A DNA stretch of 64,000 nt, taken from Armatimonadota bacterium (GTDB taxonomy: Bacteria; Armatimonadota; SYMT01). Positions within the stretch are counted from its first letter, which is position 1, and each line of letters begins with the position of its first letter. The notes below the pieces were generated by a model. That model was given only the letters and a program-made list of their open reading frames with translations. It had not been told where the DNA came from and searched no databases. Shown in pieces: positions 57,208 to 64,000 of this stretch. Made by a program: the position numbers and the translations under genes. Where the stretch lies: contig JBKBRF010000033.1 of NCBI GenBank assembly GCA_046292385.1, forward strand, positions 16,113-80,112, in the 5' to 3' direction.

Positions 57208-58617
57208 ATGGACATCGCAACATCTCTGACGGTTCTCACCCCCAAACCACCCGCCTTTCCGCGGCCGATCAATCCGTACCGGCCGCCGGAGCCGCACGCC
57301 ATGGTGGAGACGGTGGAGCCGGGCTCCATCGCGGAGGAGCTCGGCATCGAGCCGGGCGACGAGATCCTCCGCATCAACGGCGAGCGGATGGAAGATGTCA
57401 TCGACTACCGCTTCCTCGTCACCGACGAGGAGATCGAGGTGGAGGTGGCGCCGGGCGGAAACCGGGACGAGGCCTACACCGTGGTGGTGGAGAAGGAGCT
57501 GGACGAGACGCTCGGCGTGACCTTCGCCGCGGATGTCTTCGACGGCATCCGGATCTGCGCCAACAACTGCGATTTCTGCTTCGTCTACCAGAACCGGCGC
57601 CGCATGCGGAAGTCGGTCTACGTGAAGGACGACGACTATCGTCTCTCGTTCCTGCACGGCGACTTCATCACGCTCACCAACCTGACGGAGCCCTGCTGGG
57701 ACCGAATCGCGAAGTACCGGCTCAGCCCGCTCTACGTGAGCATCCACGCCACCGATCCGGAGGCCCGCGTCGCCATGCTGCGCAACGCGGACGCCGCCCG
57801 GCTGCGAGAGCACCTGGACCGCCTCTTCTCCCTGGGGATCGAGATCCACGGCCAGGTGGTGCTCACCCCCGGCATCAACGACGGCCATCTCCTCGACCGC
57901 ACGGTCGAGGAGATGGCGCAGCTCTACGGCGGCCCCGACGGCGGCGGCTGCCGCACCCTCGCCATCGTTCCGGTGGGGCTGACCGGCTTCCGGTCGAACC
58001 TGCCGGCCCTGCGCACGCTGAGCGCCGAAGAGGCGCGCGAGGTGGTGCGGAAGTCGAAGGCGTGGCAGCGTCGCTTCCGCGCGGAGCTGGGCACCCGGTT
58101 CGTCTACCCGTCCGACGAGATGTATCTCCTCGCCGGCGCTCCCCTGCCGGCGGAGAGCAGTTACGAGGAGTTCCCCCAGCATGAGAACGGCGTGGGGATG
58201 ATCCCGCGCATGCTGGCGGAGTGGCGCCGGGTGGAGCGGAAGATCCCCGCCCGGGTCGGCCGGCCGCGCCGCGTGACGATCGCCACCGGCACCCTCGCCG
58301 CGCCGGTGCTCCAGCCGTTCGCGGAGCGCCTCTCGCAGGTGGAGAACCTCGACGTGCGGGTGGTGCCGATCCGCAACGACTTCTTCGGCCCCACCGTTAC
58401 CGTGGCGGGCCTCCTCGCCGGCGCCGACCTCGCCGCGCAGCTTGCGGAGCGGGAGCTCGGCGACGCGGTGCTCCTGCCGAGCGTCGCCGTGCGCGACGAG
58501 TGGTTCATGGACGACTGGACCGTCCCCCAGCTCTCCGAAGCGCTCCGCTCCCCCGTGGAGATCGTCAAGCCAACCGCCGCCCACCTGGCCGAAGCGGCGC
58601 TCGGGCCGGACTGGTAG
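57208..58617 (+). CDS. DUF512 / PDZ putative radical-SAM FeS protein (TIGR03279-like)
   Basis: PDZ-like N-terminus, CANNCDFC, KDDDYRLSFL.G..ITLTN, ENGVG; TATAAT 9 nt upstream of ATG. Confidence 0.9.
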   Translation: MDIATSLTVLTPKPPAFPRPINPYRPPEPHAMVETVEPGSIAEELGIEPGDEILRINGERMEDVIDYRFLVTDEEIEVEVAPGGNRDEAYTVVVEKELDETLGVTFAADVFDGIRICANNCDFCFVYQNRRRMRKSVYVKDDDYRLSFLHGDFITLTNLTEPCWDRIAKYRLSPLYVSIHATDPEARVAMLRNADAARLREHLDRLFSLGIEIHGQVVLTPGINDGHLLDRTVEEMAQLYGGPDGGGCRTLAIVPVGLTGFRSNLPALRTLSAEEAREVVRKSKAWQRRFRAELGTRFVYPSDEMYLLAGAPLPAESSYEEFPQHENGVGMIPRMLAEWRRVERKIPARVGRPRRVTIATGTLAAPVLQPFAERLSQVENLDVRVVPIRNDFFGPTVTVAGLLAGADLAAQLAERELGDAVLLPSVAVRDEWFMDDWTVPQLSEALRSPVEIVKPTAAHLAEAALGPDW

Positions 58618-58696
58618 CTCGCCCCCTTCCCCCCGGACTGGGTAGCGGTATGCTATGGAAGGAGGCTCGCGCCTGGCGGGCCCCAGGAGCAACCAC

Positions 58697-59728
58697 ATGG
58701 CTGATCAACCGGCATCCGGCGGCACAGGCGGGCCGTCTCCGATCGGGATTTTCGAGGCGCTCAACGGCTACCAGCGCACCGCCGCGCTGAAGGCGGCGAT
58801 CGAGCTGGATCTGTTCACGGCGGTCGGGGAGGGATCCGACACCTCCGCGAAGCTGGCACTGCGGTGCGAGGCTTCGGAGCGCGGGATCCGGATCCTGGCG
58901 GACCACCTCACCATCCTCGGCTTCCTCACGAAAGAGGGTGACCGGTACGGCCTGACGCGAGACTCGGCGGTATTCCTGAACCGCCGCTCAGCGGCCTACG
59001 TGGGCGGCGCGATCGAGTTCATGCTCTCCCCCGAGATCATGGAAGCGCACCAGAGCCTGGCCCAGGCGGTCCGCCAGGGGAGCACCACCCTCTCCGGCGA
59101 AGGCTCGATGGAAGACAACCACCCGGTGTGGGTCGCCTTCGCGCGCGGGATGGCGCCGATGATGGCCCCGGCCGCGGCGCAGCTTCCGGAGATCGCGCCG
59201 CTGCCGGCCGACCGTCCCACGCGCGTGCTCGACATCGCCGCCGGGCACGGCCTCTTCGGCATCGCGTACGCCAAGCGGTTCCCCCCGGCGGAGGTGACCG
59301 CCCTCGACTGGGCCGCGGTGCTGGAGGTAGCGCGGGAGAACGCGGAGCAGGCGGGCGTAGCGGACCGCTATCGCCTGCAGCCGGGCAGCGTCTTCACCGC
59401 AGAGCTGGGGCAGCGATACGATCTGATCCTGCTCACCAACTTCCTCCACCACATGGACCTGCCGGCATGCGAGGAGCTCCTCCGCCGCCTCCGCCCGGCG
59501 CTGGCCGAAGGAGGCCGCGTGGTGACACTGGAGTTCGTCCCCAATCCGGACCGCGTGACCCCACCCCCGGCCGCGGCGTTCGCCCTGACGATGCTCGCCA
59601 CCACCCGCAGCGGCGACGCCTACACCTTCGAGGAGTACGACCGCACCTTCCGGAGCGCCGGCTACGGAGAGAGCCGCATCTATCCGCTGCAGGCCAGCGC
59701 GGAGCAGGTGATCGTCACCGAACGATAA
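58697..59728 (+). CDS. SAM-dependent methyltransferase with dimerisation domain (O-methyltransferase family 2)
   Basis: LKAAIELDLF, VLDIAAGHG, NFLHH; RBS AGGAG. Confidence 0.9.
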   Translation: MADQPASGGTGGPSPIGIFEALNGYQRTAALKAAIELDLFTAVGEGSDTSAKLALRCEASERGIRILADHLTILGFLTKEGDRYGLTRDSAVFLNRRSAAYVGGAIEFMLSPEIMEAHQSLAQAVRQGSTTLSGEGSMEDNHPVWVAFARGMAPMMAPAAAQLPEIAPLPADRPTRVLDIAAGHGLFGIAYAKRFPPAEVTALDWAAVLEVARENAEQAGVADRYRLQPGSVFTAELGQRYDLILLTNFLHHMDLPACEELLRRLRPALAEGGRVVTLEFVPNPDRVTPPPAAAFALTMLATTRSGDAYTFEEYDRTFRSAGYGESRIYPLQASAEQVIVTER

Positions 59729-59737
59729 TCGCTGTTT

Positions 59738-59810
59738 CAGGTTGCAGGTTGGCAGGTTGCAGGTTCCGAACCCCACCTCCCGGGGAGCTAACCTGCCAAC
59801 CTGCAACCTG
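59738..59810. repeat. Perfect 21-bp inverted repeat built from CAGGTTG units
   Basis: CAGGTTGCAGGTTGGCAGGTT (59738-59758) and AACCTGCCAACCTGCAACCTG (59790-59810), between convergent genes. Confidence 0.85.
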
Positions 59811-59814
59811 CTAA

Positions 59815-60768
59815 CTACCGCGTCGGGCCGGCTGCGTTCATCCGCAGGCTGTAGACCTTCTTGCTGCAGGTCATGTAGAGCGTCTTGCCGTCCGGACCGC
59901 CGAAGGTGACGTTGCTGCAGAACTCCGGGATCGGGATCAGCCCCAGGCTCTTCCCTTCCGGCGTCACCACCCACACCCCGCCGCGCATCGCGAAGTAGAG
60001 GTTTCCCTCGGCGTCGGTGCACATGCCGTCCGGCGCGTTCTGGTTGGCCGTCTGCGGATCGAAGAAAACGCGCACCCGCCCCTGGTCCACCGTCCCGTCC
60101 GGCAGGATCGGGTAGCTGTAGATCCGCAGCTCGAAGCTGTCTCCCACGAAGAGGGTCTTGCCGTCGTTGGAGACCTCCACGCCGTTTGGGACTTTCAGGT
60201 TCTCGATGATCCGGTGGACCCGCCCCTCCGGGCTCAGGTAGTAGACCGCGCTGCGGGTGCGGCCGGCGAAGTTCGGGTCGGTGTAGTAGATGCCGCCGGT
60301 GACGAGCGACTGACAGACGTCGTTCGGCTGGAGGTACGGGACGCCCTGGAAGTGGTTGGTCAGGCTTTTCAGCTCCTCCGGGCCCTCTTTGCCGATCCGC
60401 ATGCTGTAGAGGTTGTGCCCGAACGCCTGCGCGCCGAGGAACCGTCCGTCCTTCGCCAGATAGGTCCCGTTGATCCCTTCCGTCCTGTCCATCCAGACCG
60501 AGGCGCGGCCGCGGTCGTCCAGCCGCAGGATCTGTGTGTTCACCCGCTCCCCGCTCGGAAACGAGGTGAAGTAGAGCTTGCCCGTGCCCGGGTCCCAGGT
60601 CGGCCCCTCGAAGAAGTGCTCCGCCTCGTACTCCACCGTCAGCCGGGCGCCCTCCGCCACCGTCCGCGGCAGCGGGTGCTGCTCCTGCGCGAGCGCGGGA
60701 CGCCAGGTGAGCGCGGAGGTGACGCCGAGACAGGTCAGCGCGAGAGCAAGGCTGCGGAAGAGCGACAT
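59815..60768 (-). CDS. Secreted SMP-30/gluconolactonase-family protein
   Basis: FEGPTW, PND, YYTDP, PNG, PDGM..D.EGNLY, SNVTFGG. Confidence 0.9.
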   Translation of the reverse strand: MSLFRSLALALTCLGVTSALTWRPALAQEQHPLPRTVAEGARLTVEYEAEHFFEGPTWDPGTGKLYFTSFPSGERVNTQILRLDDRGRASVWMDRTEGINGTYLAKDGRFLGAQAFGHNLYSMRIGKEGPEELKSLTNHFQGVPYLQPNDVCQSLVTGGIYYTDPNFAGRTRSAVYYLSPEGRVHRIIENLKVPNGVEVSNDGKTLFVGDSFELRIYSYPILPDGTVDQGRVRVFFDPQTANQNAPDGMCTDAEGNLYFAMRGGVWVVTPEGKSLGLIPIPEFCSNVTFGGPDGKTLYMTCSKKVYSLRMNAAGPTR

Positions 60769-60816
60769 GGGCAGGGGGCTCCTGGAAGAGACGACACCCC
60801 GCCGTTCACCCGGCGC

Positions 60817-61200
60817 TCCAGTGTCTCCTGTCTTGGCGCCGGAAGCGCGGCTGAGTAGCCGGGTTACGGGCGCTGCGCACACGCACGCGAGATGAGACCC
60901 GATGGAGCCCGGAGGCGGTGCCGAAGGCAGCGGCGGAGAGCTCCCTTGTGAAGACCCCTGGCGAGGGGTCTTCGCTTGAGCCGGACGGAGCGGCCCGTGA
61001 ATCGCTGACCTGTTGCTGCCGCAGCCCGCGAACGCGGAGCGCTGCCTGGTGGGGAGCACGCCCGGACCAGCCCGTTAGCGCCGTAGGCGCGTGAGAGGGC
61101 TGAGGGAGGGCCAAATACGCGTGAGGGCCGCTCCGGGAGGTGAGGGCGCGGGGTGGGACTTCGGGGTGATACCGATCTTGACAGGTACGCCCACACTGGA
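60817..61200. ncRNA. Candidate structured non-coding RNA or mobile-element end
   Basis: Closing IR TCCAGTGT/ACACTGGA; 10-bp hairpin 60950-60973; 11-bp long-range stem 60986-60996/61125-61135 enclosing further hairpins; no credible ORF. Confidence 0.45.
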
Positions 61201-61205
61201 TCAGA

Positions 61206-62717
61206 TCACCAGCCCATCCGCGCAATCAGGGCGTGCACGTCATCCGCCGTCACCTCCAGCTTGGCGGCGCCGTGGACCACGTCCGCCAGGTCGGCCGGGT
61301 ACCAGCTCCGCTTCGACGGGTCGCAGAGCCCCGCCACGTTCCACGGCTCCACCCGGGCGGCCACCTCTTCCAGCCGCAGCGGATTGCCGCCGCGAGCGCG
61401 GTCCCGCGCGTGGAGCAGCCCTTCCCGGAAGCCAGGCTGATTCTGGAGCAGGAACTCGCTGGCCAGGCGACCGCGATCGAGGCGCCGCGCCATCTCGCTG
61501 TAGCTCGCCGCGGCGAAGTAGAACATCGAGAGCGCGGCGAAGGCGGGGAAGCGCGGGAAGGCGGCGTAGGAGCCGGAGACGAGCGCCGCCGCGGCGTCCG
61601 CCTCTCGCTCTGCCAGGCGGTAGTAATCAGATCGGTCCGCCGCGAGCTCCCCGCGCTCCAGCCCGGCCAGCAGCCGGTGGATCCCGAGCAGCGTGAGCGG
61701 AAAGCCGGTGCTGAAGAGCGGGTCGACGAACCCCAGCGCGGAGGGGAGCATCGCCAGGCGCGGGTGTGCCGGCGGAGCGCAGCCCCACGCGATCCGCGGC
61801 ATGAACCGGAACGGCTCCACCGCCTCCGCCTCCGCGAACTGCTCCCGCACGCTCGGAAGGCGCGACAGGACCCGCTCCCACGCGGGCTCCCCTTCAGCCA
61901 GGCCCAGCTCTTCCGCGAGCCGGTCCTCCGCCGCGATCCCGGCGCTGGTGATGCCGTTCTCGAACCGGAGCATCCAGATCCAGCCGCCGTCGAAGACGTG
62001 GTGCAGCGCGGCGTCGTCCGGGTGGTAGGGCGGGGTGCCGGGACCGGGTGGGACGAGCGTCTCCCACCGCCGCACGCCCGTGAAGTGGGAGAAGAGCGAC
62101 TGCGTCCCCGGAAAGCGCGCGATCTCTCGCTCCGGCAGCCCCAGCAGCCGGAAGAGCGCGCCGCGCGGTCCGCTGGCATCGACCACCAGCCGCGCTTCGC
62201 ACGTCACCGGGCGGCCGCGGCGCTCCCCTTCCAACCGCACCTGCTCCGCGCCGGGCTCCACCCGCCGGATCTCCGTGCGGTCGAGGTACTCCACGCCCAG
62301 CCCCACCGCCTCCCGCATCAGGAAGGCGTCGAAGTCGGGGCGGTACCAGTGGGTGTCGGCGAGGTCGTCGTTGGGTGAGGCGGCGACCAGCAGCTCGCTC
62401 TCACGCTCCGGCTGCGGCTGGAACGGGTGACCCGCCTGGTGGTGGTAGAAAGTGAAGCCGCGCTTCAGCCCCACCCCGACCTCCGGGTACGTCCGCTTCC
62501 ACGTCCCGTAGGAGGCAAGTGGGAGGAGACGGGGGAGGTCGCAGCGGCGCCCCAGCTCTTCCAGCAGCAGGTTGGCGAGCGGCGAGCTCGACTCCCCGAT
62601 CGCAAACCGCGGGTGCGTGCCGCGCTCCAGGAGGAGGACGCTGAGCCCCAGCCGCCGGGCCGCCATCGCCAGCAGGGAGCCGCCGAAGCCGGAGCCGAGA
62701 ATCGCCAGGTCGAACAT
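61206..62717 (-). CDS. Flavin-dependent halogenase-like FAD protein
   Basis: GSGFGG, HPRFAIGES, LKRGF, GWIWMLRF, FVDPLFSTG. Confidence 0.85.
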   Translation of the reverse strand: MFDLAILGSGFGGSLLAMAARRLGLSVLLLERGTHPRFAIGESSSPLANLLLEELGRRCDLPRLLPLASYGTWKRTYPEVGVGLKRGFTFYHHQAGHPFQPQPERESELLVAASPNDDLADTHWYRPDFDAFLMREAVGLGVEYLDRTEIRRVEPGAEQVRLEGERRGRPVTCEARLVVDASGPRGALFRLLGLPEREIARFPGTQSLFSHFTGVRRWETLVPPGPGTPPYHPDDAALHHVFDGGWIWMLRFENGITSAGIAAEDRLAEELGLAEGEPAWERVLSRLPSVREQFAEAEAVEPFRFMPRIAWGCAPPAHPRLAMLPSALGFVDPLFSTGFPLTLLGIHRLLAGLERGELAADRSDYYRLAEREADAAAALVSGSYAAFPRFPAFAALSMFYFAAASYSEMARRLDRGRLASEFLLQNQPGFREGLLHARDRARGGNPLRLEEVAARVEPWNVAGLCDPSKRSWYPADLADVVHGAAKLEVTADDVHALIARMGW

Positions 62718-62721
62718 CGGC

Positions 62722-63681
62722 TCAGTCCCCCGCCCCGCAGGCAGCACAGCCGACCGCCGGCGGCACCGCCTGGGTTCGGTTCATCGCGCCGAGCCGCTCG
62801 ATCCGCGCGGAGGCGCAGTGAGGGCAGCGCGCGAACTGCTCCACATCCCAGAGATCGGCCAGTACGCGGCCGCGGCCCAGCCGGAGGCCGTACTCCGCGC
62901 AGAGCTCCAGCGACCGCAGCGAGGGCGGGGTGAACTCTCCCGCCGCCTGAAGCGTCTCCATGGCGCCGTTCCCGGCGCGCGTCGGGATCAGCGCGGCGAC
63001 CGCGGCGCCGCAGTCGAAGGCGAAGTCGAGCGAGCGGCAGGCCCACTCCCGGCCCTCCGCTTCCGAGAGCCACGGCGGCCGGACCAGGATGAAGACGCGC
63101 AGGTCGACGCCGGCCTCCTGCAGCAGCTCGGCGGCCTGGCGGAAGCGGTCCAGGGTGACCCGCTTGTTCAGCCGCGGCAGCACCTCCGGGTGGACCGTCT
63201 CCAGCCCCATCGCCACCTCCAGGCGTCCCGGCAGGAGGTCGCGCAGCTCGAGCGTGCGGGGCCCCACCAGCGCCGGGTGCGACTCCACGATCACCCGCTC
63301 GAACGGCGCCGCCAGCCGGGCGATCTCCGCGTACTCCGCCGGCGGAATTGCCCGCGGGTCGAAGAAGCTGCCGGCGTTGTAGAGCTTCAGCACCGGCGCC
63401 GCCGGGAGCCGCTCCAGCGCGTACCGCACCTGCGCCGCGATGGCGCCCGGCGGCACCGTCTCCGACAGGGTGTTGCGCCAGAGGTCGCACATCAGGCAGC
63501 GCCACGGGCACTCCCGGTTGGTGAGGAAGATCGTCGCGACGAGCGCTTCCCGCCCGTCCGCGCCGACCTCCGGCTCCGCCAGGAACGCGTACGGGCGCCA
63601 CGGGTCGAGCCCGTTCCGCTCCGGCCGGTGGGAGAGGATCCAGCGGTCGCGGGCGGTAGAGCGGGAGGGATAGAGGCTCAT
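62722..63681 (-). CDS. Radical SAM protein, archaeosine-synthesis RaSEA/TIGR01210-like
   Basis: CPWRCLMC, KLYNAGSFFD, VESHP, LEVAMGLET, FILVRPP. Confidence 0.85.
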   Translation of the reverse strand: MSLYPSRSTARDRWILSHRPERNGLDPWRPYAFLAEPEVGADGREALVATIFLTNRECPWRCLMCDLWRNTLSETVPPGAIAAQVRYALERLPAAPVLKLYNAGSFFDPRAIPPAEYAEIARLAAPFERVIVESHPALVGPRTLELRDLLPGRLEVAMGLETVHPEVLPRLNKRVTLDRFRQAAELLQEAGVDLRVFILVRPPWLSEAEGREWACRSLDFAFDCGAAVAALIPTRAGNGAMETLQAAGEFTPPSLRSLELCAEYGLRLGRGRVLADLWDVEQFARCPHCASARIERLGAMNRTQAVPPAVGCAACGAGD

Positions 63682-64000
63682 CCGGCGTGTCCCCGCGGCG
63701 AGGTCAGGTGTTCGCTGCGAACCGGTTCCTGGTCGACGAGAGGGAACCGCCTGCGAGCCAGTCTGTGGAGTGCGAATGCTTGCTTTCGCGGCCCGCGCCA
63801 GCGGGGCTCCGGAAGCAGCATCCATGCCCGCGCCCTGCAGCTACCCTCGGAAGCAGGATCCGAAGCTGCCTGGCGGCAGGCGGTGGCAAGTGTCACACGC
63901 TGTAAAGTTACGCCGCTGGTGGCGCAGGAAGGTTTTGCCGCATCGCTCGCTTGCGCGAAGGAGGCCGGGGATGCGCTACCTGCAGGCCCACGATCCGCTC

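Noticed and set aside
60890..61185. RNase P, tmRNA, glycine or lysine riboswitch-like words (CCGGGCTCCAT, GGCCAAATA, GCCGAAGG, GGGGTGA..GAC)
   Set aside because: Isolated short matches on inconsistent strands or in the wrong order; required flanking elements missing
58697..63681. Single biosynthetic cluster joining methyltransferase, lactonase, halogenase and radical SAM genes
   Set aside because: The methyltransferase is on the opposite strand and a ~440-bp structured gap separates the lactonase; only the last two genes are clearly coupled

Overview
High-GC bacterial chromosome segment; the gene mix (prepilin/H-X9-DG protein, SARP-ATPase, DUF5666, DUF1080, DUF512) suggests Armatimonadota or a similar lineage, which is inference. 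The first ~10.3 kb is a minus-strand accessory block next to the 3' end of tRNA-Lys(UUU), with a probable integrase remnant. It encodes a SARP-AAA_35 regulator, an AAA_35-TM-WD40 partner, a pentapeptide protein, a prepilin-like protein, a secreted Kelch/Ig protein and the N-terminus of a vanadium-haloperoxidase-like protein. Three promoters in this block share one exactly spaced architecture: a -10 hexamer plus four TC(T/C)C(A/G) repeats at offsets 0/11/37/48. This points to a self-contained SARP regulon, possibly driven by a split NLR-like ATPase sensor pair, and is the best candidate for a new system. The rest is mostly envelope and housekeeping genes (cyclic beta-1,2-glucan synthase, GT4, TatD, proteases, ATM1-like ABC transporter, KdsC, SPase I). 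Other notable items are a RloA-like ATPase with a broken rloB, several families of palindromic or heptameric intergenic repeats, a ~385-nt structured non-coding region, and a RaSEA-like radical SAM plus flavin halogenase-like operon. All family assignments come from motif recognition by eye; no database searches were run.
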